A stretch of 64,000 bases of DNA, taken from an uncultured Gemmatimonadales bacterium (GTDB taxonomy: Bacteria > Gemmatimonadota > Gemmatimonadetes > Gemmatimonadales > Gemmatimonadaceae). Below, piece after piece: positions 55,354-64,000 of this stretch. Location: assembly GCA_963701965.1 (NCBI GenBank), contig OY969695.1, forward strand, positions 3,520,001-3,584,000, in the 5' to 3' direction. The translations under genes were made by a program, and so were the position numbers. How positions within the stretch are numbered: position 1 is the stretch's first letter; each line of letters starts with the position of its first letter. The notes beneath the pieces were generated by a model. The model was not told the DNA's origin and searched no databases. It worked only from the letters and a program-made list of their open reading frames with translations.

Positions 55354-57879
55354 TCAAGTAGGATCCGCGGGTTGCAACAGCAGTTCGAAGGGCGCATATC
55401 CGTGAAGGGGATCGAATGCCTGATCCGTATGCAATGTTAGATCATAGGGCCGCCCTTCGCCAAACGACACGCGCAGGAACTGGACGGCCTGATCGCGCTG
55501 GCCAAGTTGCGCCGCGATCCGGGCCCGCTGGTAGGTGTTGCCACCGAACCGATAGGGGCGGTCCATGGCCGCCAACGCCGAGTCGCGCCGGGCCGCCTCG
55601 GCGCGGTCGCCGCGCCGCGCGGCCGACACCCCGAGCGCGCCGAGCGCCTCAATGTCGCTCGAAGGATCGGCGGCGAGCGCGAGCCAGATCGAGTCGGCGG
55701 CGGCCGGATGTCCCGACGCGTCCAGTGCCTCGGCGAGCCCGCTCCGCTCCAGCGGCCGCGCGCGTTCGGCCGCGGGTCGCGCCTCGTACCACCCGACCGC
55801 GCGCGTGGCGAATCCGCCGGCGACGGCGCCGTGCCCGTGGGCCCGGAGTTCCTCATACGCCAGCAGCATGAGCCGCCCGGCGTTCATCGTATCGCTCGGC
55901 GCCAACGGCGCACTCTCCTCGACCCGCGCCGTCAACTCATCGACCCGACCCAACGCCGCCAGCGCCCGGACCTCGGCCGAGAGGACGCGCCACGCGGTCG
56001 GGAACCGCGCGCGCCCCTCGCGCACGACCGCCAACTCGGCGCAATGGTCGCCCAGCAGGTGGTACGCCGCCGCCGGAAACTGCCAGTAGCCGTCCCACCC
56101 CTTCATCCAGCCCCGGTCGACGTCGACCTGCCGAAACGCGGCCAAGGCCGCGTGGGGGTGATCGAGCGCCAGCTCGAAATAGCCCACATCCAAGAGACCC
56201 TCACCCCCCGGCGCCGCCTCCACCATCTGATGCGCCGTGCGGACCGCCGCCGGCCAATCGCCGTGAATCTGGGCGATGGAGTTGTCCAGAAACCACCGAT
56301 CGAACGGCGCCAGACGCGCGCGCGACGCCCCCAGCCGGCCAATCAGCGAGTCGGCGCCGGCATACTCGTGCATCGTGAGATACGCGTCGACCGCCCACAG
56401 CAGCGGCTGCACGTAGGTCGTGTCCAGCGCCGTCGCCCGCAGATAGTGGGCGATCGCCTCGCGTTTTTCTCCACGGCCGTGCAGGTCGAGGCCGGTCACG
56501 AACTCCTGATAGGCCGCGTACGTGGGTGGGGACGTCGCCCGCTGTATCCAGTCGCTCAGGCGCGGATTGTAGAGGAGCGCCAGCGCGCCGGTCACGTGCT
56601 CGCGGAGTCGGTCGACCGCGATCAGCGGCGCCCGCACCGGACCGCTGACCGGATCCACCCCGCGCAGCACCCGGCCCGCCCGGGCGTCGGAGATCTGCGC
56701 CTGGAACCGCAGGGAGTCCCCGTCGCGATAGTACGATCCCCAGACGACCGTGCCCGCTCCCGTCTGCTCGGCCAACGCGCGGACCGTGCGGGGCGTCGAT
56801 GCGCCGCCCGTCAGCATCGCCGTCCGCGCGTCCACGACGTCGACGAGGCCGGTCTCGGCGAGGCGCTGCGTCACCCAGTCCGCCGCCATTCGACCCACGG
56901 GGTTGAGCGCGGTATCGCCCGTGTTGTTCTCGAATGGCGCGACGAGCACACGATTGGCGACGAGCACAGGCTGCCGCGATTGTCGCCAGGCCACCGCCAG
57001 GATCACTCCCACACCGACCACGGTGAGCGCCGCGATGAGCCCCCATCCGATGTGACGCCGCGGCGGTTTCGCCGCCGCCGGCACACTGGCGCTGACCCGA
57101 TCGCTCGCGCGGCCGCTGGATCGCGGTGCTGGCGTCAGGCGCTTGGGTGGGGCCAGCACCTCGGCGGGAGCCTCGCGCAGCTGGGTGGCGAAGGCCGTGA
57201 TCGAGGAGTCCGGCGGGACGTCGAGCTCCTGGCGGAGCAGCGTCTCGTACACCCGCGCGTGCTGCAGGGCTGCGGACCGGTCGCCCGAAGCGGCGAGCGA
57301 CCGCATGAGGTCGAGCGCCACGCCCGCGTCGAGGGGATCGACCGAGGCCAATCGCCGGAACCACCCGGCCTCGGCGCGACGGTCGCCGCGATCCTTGGCC
57401 TCAGACGCCAGCATCCGCAGCGACCGGCGGTACCGCTCGGCGAGATGGGTGCGCTCTTCCTCGGCCCAGCGCTCGAACTCCGGCGCGTCGCTCAGATAGA
57501 ACCCGTCGAGAAACGGCCCCCGGTAGATGGCGACAGCGCGCTCGTACTCCTGTCGCCCGATCGCGGCATGGAACTCGGCGAGATCCGTCGTGATGGCGTC
57601 CGGATTCAGGCGGAGGTCGGTCGTGCCGAGCACCAGATCGTCGCGTCCCAAATCCCGGCGCAGGGTGTAGACCGTCTGCGCCAACACGCGCCGCGCCTTC
57701 TCCTCGTCGCTGTCGGCCCACAGCTGTTGGATCAGCTTGGCGCGCGGGACCGCGCGCTCCCCCGCCCCCGCCAGCATGGCGAGCAGGGCCAAGGGACGCC
57801 GTTGCGCGGCAGCGCCGCCCAGACCCTCGGACGCCTCACGATCAATCGACAGGCCGCCAAACGTGCGAAGCCGTAGCAT
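55354..57879 (-). CDS. Membrane-anchored SARP/BTAD regulator with TolB-N-like and TPR C-terminus
   Basis: LRLRTFGGL, LW.DS, YRGPFLDGF..FERW, DPLD; TM IGWGLIAALTVVGVGVILAVAW; VLVAPFEN.TGD. Confidence 0.85.
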   Translation of the reverse strand: MLRLRTFGGLSIDREASEGLGGAAAQRRPLALLAMLAGAGERAVPRAKLIQQLWADSDEEKARRVLAQTVYTLRRDLGRDDLVLGTTDLRLNPDAITTDLAEFHAAIGRQEYERAVAIYRGPFLDGFYLSDAPEFERWAEEERTHLAERYRRSLRMLASEAKDRGDRRAEAGWFRRLASVDPLDAGVALDLMRSLAASGDRSAALQHARVYETLLRQELDVPPDSSITAFATQLREAPAEVLAPPKRLTPAPRSSGRASDRVSASVPAAAKPPRRHIGWGLIAALTVVGVGVILAVAWRQSRQPVLVANRVLVAPFENNTGDTALNPVGRMAADWVTQRLAETGLVDVVDARTAMLTGGASTPRTVRALAEQTGAGTVVWGSYYRDGDSLRFQAQISDARAGRVLRGVDPVSGPVRAPLIAVDRLREHVTGALALLYNPRLSDWIQRATSPPTYAAYQEFVTGLDLHGRGEKREAIAHYLRATALDTTYVQPLLWAVDAYLTMHEYAGADSLIGRLGASRARLAPFDRWFLDNSIAQIHGDWPAAVRTAHQMVEAAPGGEGLLDVGYFELALDHPHAALAAFRQVDVDRGWMKGWDGYWQFPAAAYHLLGDHCAELAVVREGRARFPTAWRVLSAEVRALAALGRVDELTARVEESAPLAPSDTMNAGRLMLLAYEELRAHGHGAVAGGFATRAVGWYEARPAAERARPLERSGLAEALDASGHPAAADSIWLALAADPSSDIEALGALGVSAARRGDRAEAARRDSALAAMDRPYRFGGNTYQRARIAAQLGQRDQAVQFLRVSFGEGRPYDLTLHTDQAFDPLHGYAPFELLLQPADPT

Positions 57880-57882
57880 GGC

Positions 57883-57912
57883 TTGACAAGTTACAACGCA
57901 GCGGCCTACTCT
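57883..57912 (+). promoter_or_regulatory. Sigma70-type promoter of the Cys leader
   Basis: TTGACA (57883-57888), 18 bp, TACTCT (57907-57912); ATG 5 nt downstream. Confidence 0.75.
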
Positions 57913-57917
57913 CCGAC

Positions 57918-58001
57918 ATGCATTGCGCTGTCACCATGCTGTGTTGTGCCCGTTGCGCCGCCGCCGTCAGGCGGTCGGGCGTGCTGGCGCGCAACGTGTG
58001 A
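57918..58001 (+). CDS. Cys-rich leader peptide (27 aa) MHCAVTMLCCARCAAAVRRSGVLARNV
   Basis: 4 Cys in first 13 codons; lies between promoter and terminator upstream of a sulfurtransferase. Confidence 0.75.
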   Translation: MHCAVTMLCCARCAAAVRRSGVLARNV

Positions 58002-58030
58002 CGGACTGACACGATCCGCGATGGACCCCC

Positions 58031-58061
58031 GGCCGCTCTCAAACGAGCGGCCCTTTTTTTT
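58031..58061 (+). terminator. Intrinsic terminator (attenuator) upstream of sulfurtransferase
   Basis: GGCCGCTC-tcaaac-GAGCGGCC stem then C and T8. Confidence 0.88.
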
Positions 58062-58078
58062 CACTGGAGCCTGCCGTC

Positions 58079-58975
58079 ATGTCGAGTACACTCACCGCTG
58101 AACCGGATGTCGCCAAGAAGGGGTATGTGCATCCCGAGGTGCTGGTCACGACCGCGTGGCTGGCCGAGCACCTGAACGATCCCAAGCTCCGCGTGCTGGA
58201 GAGCGACGAGGATGTCCTGCTCTATGACACCGGCCATATCCCGGGCGCACAGAAGATCGACTGGCACCACGACCTGAACGATCAGGTCGTCCGCGACTAT
58301 ATCTCGTCCGCGCAGTTCGAGGCGCTGCTCCGCCGCCTCGGCATCGACGAGACGACACCGGTCGTCTACTACGGCGACAAGAACAACTGGTGGGCGACGT
58401 ACGCGTTCTGGGTCTTCAAGCTCTTTGGCTTCGAGAATGTCCGCGTGCTCGATGGCGGACGGGCCAAGTGGGAAGCCGAAGGACGGCCGATGGTGACCGA
58501 CAAGAAGGCCTTTCCGCCGACGTCGTACAAGGCGCCCCAACGCTCCGACGGCAAGATTCGGGCGTTCATCGACGATGTGAAGAAGCACCTCGCGGCCCAT
58601 GGGAAGCTCGTGGACGTGCGCTCGCCGCAGGAGTACACGGGCGAGAAGATCCACATGCCCGACTACCCGCAAGAGGGCACGCTGCGCGGCGGGCACATCC
58701 CGACGGCCAAGAGCGTCCCCTGGGCGCGGGCGGCCAACGCCGACGGCACGTTCAAGTCCGCCGACGATCTACGCGCGATCTACGAAAAGGAGCAGGGCCT
58801 CGCCAAGACCGATGACGTCATCGCCTACTGCCGCATTGGCGAGCGGTCGTCGCACACGTGGTTCGTCCTCACCTACCTGCTCGGCTACGACCGCGTGCGC
58901 AACTACGACGGCAGCTGGACGGAGTGGGGGAACGCGGTGCGGGCGCCCATCGAGAAAGGCACCGGCACGCCGTGA
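58079..58975 (+). CDS. Two-domain rhodanese / thiosulfate sulfurtransferase (CysA2/SseA type)
   Basis: GHIPGA, LDGGR.KW, VDVRS..EY.G, active loop [17 protein letters not shown]. Confidence 0.95.
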   Translation: MSSTLTAEPDVAKKGYVHPEVLVTTAWLAEHLNDPKLRVLESDEDVLLYDTGHIPGAQKIDWHHDLNDQVVRDYISSAQFEALLRRLGIDETTPVVYYGDKNNWWATYAFWVFKLFGFENVRVLDGGRAKWEAEGRPMVTDKKAFPPTSYKAPQRSDGKIRAFIDDVKKHLAAHGKLVDVRSPQEYTGEKIHMPDYPQEGTLRGGHIPTAKSVPWARAANADGTFKSADDLRAIYEKEQGLAKTDDVIAYCRIGERSSHTWFVLTYLLGYDRVRNYDGSWTEWGNAVRAPIEKGTGTP

Positions 58976-60156
58976 ACGTGCACGTCGCGCCCCGGGCCGC
59001 CGAGCTCGGAGTCGAAGGCGCATTCGCCGTGTACGCGGCCGGTCGTCAGTTGGAAGCCGAGGGGCGCGACGTCATCCATCTGGAGATCGGCGAACCGGAT
59101 TTTCCGACGCCGCCCCACATCGTGGAGGCCGGCATCCGCGCGATGCGGGACGGCCACACGGGCTACACGGAATCCGCCGGCATCCCCGCGCTCCGTATGC
59201 GGATCGCCGAGGCGATGGCGCCGCGTGGCGTTCCCGCCGGTCCGGAGAACGTCGTCGTGACACCGGGCACGAAGCAGCTGGTGTTCCTGGCCCTGCAGGC
59301 CCTGCTCGAGCCCGGCGACGAAGTGCTCGTGCCCGACCCCGCGTATCCGGCGTACTTCGAATCGACCCGGTTCGCCGGCGGTCGCCCCCTACGCTATAGC
59401 GTGCACGCAGAGCGGTCGGATGGCGTCGATCTGGCCGAAATCGCGGGGCGCATCACGCCCCGGACGCGCGCGCTGGTGATCAGTTCGCCGCACAACCCGA
59501 CGGGGCACTCCCTGCCGTTACCCGTGCTCGAGGCGCTGGCCGAATTGGCGGTGCGGCACGATCTCGTCGTGCTCACCGACGAGATCTATCACCAACTGAC
59601 GTTCGCCGCCGCTCCCGCGCCGTCGATCGCCGCGTTTCCGGGGATGGCGGAGCGGACGATCGTCGTGGACGGCTTCTCCAAAGCGTACGCCATGACCGGT
59701 TGGCGTCTGGGCTATGGCGTGATGCCCGAGGCCTTGGCGCGCACAGTGACGAAGCTCCTCAACAACAGCAATGCCTGCGTCACGACGTTCGTGCAGCACG
59801 CCGGCATCGCCGCGCTCACCGGCCCGCAGGACGCCGTGTGGGCCATGCGCGACGAGTATCGGGCGCGGCGGGATCTGGTGGTCGACGCGCTCAATGCGAT
59901 CGATGGCGTGACGTGCGCGCGGCCGGGCGGGGCGTTCTACGCGTTCCCGCGCGTCCCCGGCGACGCCGACGCGCTGGCCCGCCGGCTCCTCCACGAGCAC
60001 GGGGTCGGCGCACTGAGCGGGACCGCGTTCGGCCCGGGAGGGCTGGGGTCTCTGCGATTCTCGTTCGTCCGTTCGCGCGCGCAGCTGACGGAGGCCATGC
60101 GGCGGTTCACACTCGCCGTGCAATCATCCGCATCCCGTGACGCGGTCGTAGCGTGA
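58972..60156 (+). CDS. Class I/II PLP aminotransferase (aspartate aminotransferase-like)
   Basis: [41 protein letters not shown] coupling to rhodanese. Confidence 0.93.
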   Translation: MNVHVAPRAAELGVEGAFAVYAAGRQLEAEGRDVIHLEIGEPDFPTPPHIVEAGIRAMRDGHTGYTESAGIPALRMRIAEAMAPRGVPAGPENVVVTPGTKQLVFLALQALLEPGDEVLVPDPAYPAYFESTRFAGGRPLRYSVHAERSDGVDLAEIAGRITPRTRALVISSPHNPTGHSLPLPVLEALAELAVRHDLVVLTDEIYHQLTFAAAPAPSIAAFPGMAERTIVVDGFSKAYAMTGWRLGYGVMPEALARTVTKLLNNSNACVTTFVQHAGIAALTGPQDAVWAMRDEYRARRDLVVDALNAIDGVTCARPGGAFYAFPRVPGDADALARRLLHEHGVGALSGTAFGPGGLGSLRFSFVRSRAQLTEAMRRFTLAVQSSASRDAVVA

Positions 60157-61441
60157 GGACGGGCTTCGGAGCGACGATGTGTCCGGGGGCGAGATCGAAT
60201 CGCCACTGCTGGGCGATCGTGGCCAGCACCAGGATGATCTCGGTCCAGGCGAACGACTCCCCGATGCAGAGACGCGACCCGCCGCCGAACGGGAAATAGG
60301 CGAACTTGGGGCGGCTGTCCGCCGCCCCACCGAGCCACCGCGTGGGATCGAAGCGCTCGGCATCGGGCCAGTATCGCGGATCCCGCTGCGTGATCCAGGG
60401 CGAGAGGAACACGTACGTGCCGGCCGGCAGGTCGTACCCGCCGACCCGATAGTCGGCCAGGGCGCGGCGGCCGATGATCCACGCGGGCGGATAGAGGCGC
60501 AATCCTTCCGACGCCACGGCGCGCGTGTATGCGAGGCGCGGGAGGTCGTCCGGTGTCAGCGTTCGGTCACCCAGGGCGGCCACCTCGGCATACAGCGCGT
60601 CGGCGACGGCAGGCGCCTGGGACAGGGCGTACCAGATCCAGGTCAGCGCATTGGCCGTCGTCTCGTGACCCGCCAGAAAGATCGTGAGCAGCTCGTCGCG
60701 CAGCTGGGCGTCCGACATGCCGCTGCCATCGCCCTCGGTGTCGCGCGAATCCAGCAGCATCGAGAGCAGATCGGTGCGCCGCGTCGCGCCCCGCCGCTCG
60801 GCGATCATGCGATAGATGATCGCGTCGAGTCGGGCCTTCGCCCGCCGGGTCTTGAGCACCCAGGGCATTGGCAGGCGGTCGAACACCTCGGTGAACGGGA
60901 GCGAGGCGATCCGAAAAGCATCGAGCGCGGTGTCGATCGCGTCGCGGATGGCCAGCGTCTCCGCCTCCACGTCGGCACCAAACAACGTCTTGCCGACGAT
61001 GGACAGTGTCAACGTTGTCATCTCGTTGGCGAGCTCCACGGTCTCGCCATCGCGCCACCGCGTGCGCGCAATCGCGGTCTCGTCGATCATGGTGCGGGCG
61101 TACGCCGCGACCCGGTCTCGGTGAAACGCGGGCTGGGCCAACCGGCGTTGTCTCAGGTGGAACTCGCCCTCACTCGTGAGCAGCCCATCGCCGAGGAGCG
61201 GTTTCGTGCGCTCGAGTCCACGGCCTTTCTTGAAGAGGCGCTGATTGGTGACGAGGACATTGCGAACGGTATCCGGGTGAGTCAGGAGCACCAGCGGTCG
61301 TGACAGCACGCGAAGCGCCACCACGTCGCCATACTCGCGCGCGAGGAAGTGCAGATACCCCAGGGGGTCCCGACGAAACGCGACCAACCCCTGCCCAGGC
61401 CACCGCGACTTGGGACCCGGCGGCAGGTTGTAAGTGACCAC
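60107..61441 (-). CDS. Cytochrome P450
   Basis: PPGP, AGHETTA, EGLRLYPP (ExxR), FDPTRW, FGGGSRLCIG heme motif. Confidence 0.96.
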   Translation of the reverse strand: MVTYNLPPGPKSRWPGQGLVAFRRDPLGYLHFLAREYGDVVALRVLSRPLVLLTHPDTVRNVLVTNQRLFKKGRGLERTKPLLGDGLLTSEGEFHLRQRRLAQPAFHRDRVAAYARTMIDETAIARTRWRDGETVELANEMTTLTLSIVGKTLFGADVEAETLAIRDAIDTALDAFRIASLPFTEVFDRLPMPWVLKTRRAKARLDAIIYRMIAERRGATRRTDLLSMLLDSRDTEGDGSGMSDAQLRDELLTIFLAGHETTANALTWIWYALSQAPAVADALYAEVAALGDRTLTPDDLPRLAYTRAVASEGLRLYPPAWIIGRRALADYRVGGYDLPAGTYVFLSPWITQRDPRYWPDAERFDPTRWLGGAADSRPKFAYFPFGGGSRLCIGESFAWTEIILVLATIAQQWRFDLAPGHIVAPKPVLTLRPRHGMRMIARRV

Positions 61442-61445
61442 TTGC
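61430..61445. promoter_or_regulatory. Putative TetR operator
   Basis: GtAAGTG-AC-CACTTgC palindrome overlapping TTGCTT-17-TACGTT promoter and the P450 start. Confidence 0.55.
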
Positions 61446-61478
61446 TTGCATCTCCCTAGGTTGTTACGTTCGCTCGCC

Positions 61479-62066
61479 ATGAGGCCAGTCGTCGACCGCA
61501 GCAAGCTGCTGGACGCCGCGCTCCGGGTCTACGCCGAGTACGGTTTTCGCGGCGCCACCACACGGCGGATCGCCGACGAAGCGGGCATCAACGAGATCAC
61601 GATCTTTAGACAGTTCGGGTCCAAGGAAGCCCTCATAACCGCGGCCATCCAGGCGCATGGCACCGACGGGGTGGGGCCATTGTTTCCCGACGTGCCGGTC
61701 GACCCGGAGCAGGAGCTCGTGGCCTGGTGTGACGCTGGGCTGACATCGATCCGGCAAAACCGGGCCATGCTGCGGCGGGCATTGGCCGAGATGTTGGAGT
61801 TGCCGGACAGCGCGGCCCATGTCATGGACGGCGCGCGCGATGCGCGGCGCGAGCTCGACGCCTATGTCGGCCGTCTGACGTCACACGGTTTCGTGCCCGC
61901 GGTCGACGATGCCGAGCGGGGCGCGGCCATCTCGATGCTGCTGGCGGCCATTCGGAATGACGGGATGACGCGCGAGCTGGCGCCCGAGATCTTCCCGCAA
62001 CCCGCGGAGCGGGCCGCGGGTCTCTACGTCCGGTTATTTCTTCGGGTACTAGGAGTGCGATCATGA
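61479..62066 (+). CDS. TetR/AcrR-family regulator
   Basis: LLDAALRVYAEYGFRGATTRRIADEAGINEITIFRQFGSKE. Confidence 0.93.
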   Translation: MRPVVDRSKLLDAALRVYAEYGFRGATTRRIADEAGINEITIFRQFGSKEALITAAIQAHGTDGVGPLFPDVPVDPEQELVAWCDAGLTSIRQNRAMLRRALAEMLELPDSAAHVMDGARDARRELDAYVGRLTSHGFVPAVDDAERGAAISMLLAAIRNDGMTRELAPEIFPQPAERAAGLYVRLFLRVLGVRS

Positions 62067-63718
62067 GCTACACGCGCGTACTCGCGATCGGTGTGGCGAT
62101 CGGGGCCGCCCAGGCCGTGGCGCAGCCGCCGGCCCGGAGCCTGTCGCTCGGGGACGCCGTCCGCGTCGCGTTGACACAAAGCGAGGCCCTGGCGATCGCC
62201 CAGGCTGGCGTGACGCGCGCGCGCGGACAGGTGATGCAGGCGCGATCCGAGTTCTGGCCCCAGTTGTATGGCACCGCGGGCTATACCCGCACCCTCAAGT
62301 CGCAGTACGCGTCCCTGGCATCGAGCTCGGCGTTCGGCCCGCCCCCGAGCAGCCGCGACTTCCAGCTGTGCACGATCCAGCTCGACTCGAACGCGACGAC
62401 GGCTCAGCGGCAGGCGGCGTTGGCGGCCGCCCAGACGTGCCCCGCGGCATTCTCCGGCAACATCTTCTCGAACGTCGGCTTCGGCTCGCTCAACGCGTAC
62501 AACATCGGGTTGTCCTTCAGCCAGGCGATCTTCAACGGCCAGTTCCTCGCCGCGCAGCGCGCGGCATCGGCGCCGCGGCAAGCGGCGGACGTCGAGGTCG
62601 CGGCCCAGCGCGCCCAGGTGATCTATGACGTCGCGCAGGCGTACTACGATGCGGCACTGGCGGATGCGCTGGTGTCGATCGCCGACTCGACGCTGGCGCA
62701 GAACGAGCGGACGCTGGGGCAGGCGCGCCTCGCCCGGCGCGTGGGCACGCAGTCCGAGTACGATCTCTTGCAGACGCAGGTGACGCGCGACAATCAGGTG
62801 CCGGTGCTCGTGCAGGCCCGCAACGATCGAGATCAGAGATACTACCGGCTCAAGCAGCTCATCAAGATGCCGCTCGACGCGCCGCTGGAGCTGACGACGA
62901 CTGTCGAAGACTCGACGGACCTTCCCGGTGGCGTCCGGCTGGTGTCGCTGACCGACAGTACGCCGGCGGTCATCGGCGACACGGTGGCCGAGCATCGCTC
63001 GTCGGTCCGGGAACAGGGCTACGCCATCGTCGAGTACAAAGCGCTAGTGTCACAGGCGCGCGCCGAGTATCTGCCGATCCTGACCTTGTCGTCGGACTAT
63101 TCGCGAGTGGCCTATCCGTTTGGCGGCTTGCCGGCGTGGAACAACTTTCTCACGAATTGGACGATCGGTCTCACCGCCTCCGTGCCGATCTTCAACGGAT
63201 TCAAGACCCACGGCGATGTGTTGATCGCCCAGGCGAACCTCAAGGAGCAGCAGGCGCGCTTGACGCAGGCGCACGACCTGGCCGCGCTCGATGCGCGGAC
63301 CACCATCGCCGATCTGCGGGCGGCGGAAGCCAGTTGGGCCGCCGTGTCGACGTCGTGGCGGCAGGCGGTGCAGGCGTACCAGATCGCCGAGATCCGCTAC
63401 CAGCAGGGGCTGTCCACCTTGGTGGAGCTCAACGCGTCCAGCATCGCGAAGCAGCAATCGTTCTCCAACCGCGCGCAGAGCGCCCGCAATCTCCAGGTCG
63501 CGCGCGTGAAGGCGGCGCTCATCCGCGATCTTCCCGTGTCCGCGGGAGGGGCGGGCGCCAGTGCGGCGCCGTCGGCGCAGCAGCAGGCGCAGAATGCCCA
63601 GCAGCGGCCACAGTCGCAGACCCAAACTCCGATATTAGGGACCGGCCAATTCAATCCAGCGTACGGGTTGCCCATAAGCCAGGCTTCCCCCGGTATTCCG
63701 GGGCAGCCAACACCATGA
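62063..63718 (+). CDS. TolC-family outer-membrane efflux protein
   Basis: LSLGDAVR.AL, ARSEFWP, ARAEYLP, SVPIFNG, RYQQGLST.VEL. Confidence 0.9.
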   Translation: MSYTRVLAIGVAIGAAQAVAQPPARSLSLGDAVRVALTQSEALAIAQAGVTRARGQVMQARSEFWPQLYGTAGYTRTLKSQYASLASSSAFGPPPSSRDFQLCTIQLDSNATTAQRQAALAAAQTCPAAFSGNIFSNVGFGSLNAYNIGLSFSQAIFNGQFLAAQRAASAPRQAADVEVAAQRAQVIYDVAQAYYDAALADALVSIADSTLAQNERTLGQARLARRVGTQSEYDLLQTQVTRDNQVPVLVQARNDRDQRYYRLKQLIKMPLDAPLELTTTVEDSTDLPGGVRLVSLTDSTPAVIGDTVAEHRSSVREQGYAIVEYKALVSQARAEYLPILTLSSDYSRVAYPFGGLPAWNNFLTNWTIGLTASVPIFNGFKTHGDVLIAQANLKEQQARLTQAHDLAALDARTTIADLRAAEASWAAVSTSWRQAVQAYQIAEIRYQQGLSTLVELNASSIAKQQSFSNRAQSARNLQVARVKAALIRDLPVSAGGAGASAAPSAQQQAQNAQQRPQSQTQTPILGTGQFNPAYGLPISQASPGIPGQPTP

Positions 63719-64000
63719 CGCGACGCCTGGCCCTGCTGTCGGTCCTGCTCGCCGCCGCGAGTTGCCGCCCGACGCGTGACCCAAAGAAAGAGACCGCCGT
63801 GCCCGTGATCGAGCTGGGCGCGGAGAACGTGACGGTCGTGTCCGCAGACATCGTGCGGAGTGGTCCGCTGATCTCGGGGACGCTGGCGCCGGTGCGCAAC
63901 GCGCAGATCCGGGCGCAGGTCTCGGGGTCCGTGCTCGACATCAAGGTCGAGCAAGGCCAGCGGGTGTCGGCGAATCAGCTACTGGCCCAGATCGACGCGG
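63715..64000 (+). CDS. Efflux membrane-fusion protein (3' truncated by window)
   Basis: AASC lipobox; ISGTL.P, IRAQVSGSV..IKVEQGQRV...LAQID. Confidence 0.85.
   Translation, partial: MTRRLALLSVLLAAASCRPTRDPKKETAVPVIELGAENVTVVSADIVRSGPLISGTLAPVRNAQIRAQVSGSVLDIKVEQGQRVSANQLLAQIDA

Noticed and set aside
57900..58065. SAM or T-box riboswitch upstream of the rhodanese
   Set aside because: No SAM-I core (AUC.AGA, GCAACC) or T-box UGGNACC motif; the leader-peptide model explains the elements better.
57883..58101. 72-aa ORF from the ORF track
   Set aside because: It starts on the TTG of the -35 hexamer and runs through the terminator; the 27-aa ORF in another frame fits the promoter.
1..64000. CRISPR array, tRNA/rRNA, IS element or prophage
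   Set aside because: I recognised no spaced direct repeats, cloverleaf, transposase, integrase or phage genes; a short element could be missed by eye.

Overview
GC-rich, very gene-dense bacterial chromosome window; the gene repertoire resembles Gemmatimonadota (inference only, no marker gene is present). In order: the 3' end of a chemotaxis operon (cheA-W-Y-B-R); a TonB-receptor/LytS/LytTR operon; secreted and lipoprotein hydrolases; an RcnR-like repressor; an HTH plus nucleotidyltransferase pair; two MacB-type permeases; a corrinoid uptake/salvage cluster with a cobalamin riboswitch; RND and MFS efflux; two paralogous helical-repeat proteins; fabF; a BTAD-TPR membrane regulator operon; a rhodanese-aminotransferase operon; a P450; and a TetR-TolC-MFP operon running off the end. 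The best finding is an unannotated, apparently leaderless Cys-rich leader peptide (57918-58001) with competing antiterminator and terminator hairpins in front of the rhodanese operon, i.e. a candidate cysteine-sensing transcription attenuator. Also notable: a putative metal-handling LytS/LytTR system with a 4-fold His-repeat lipoprotein, pervasive leaderless-promoter signatures, apparent non-canonical start codons, and four isolated frameshifts that are probably assembly errors. I saw no rRNA, tRNA, CRISPR array or transposase. All calls come from reading motifs by eye; no database search or folding was run.
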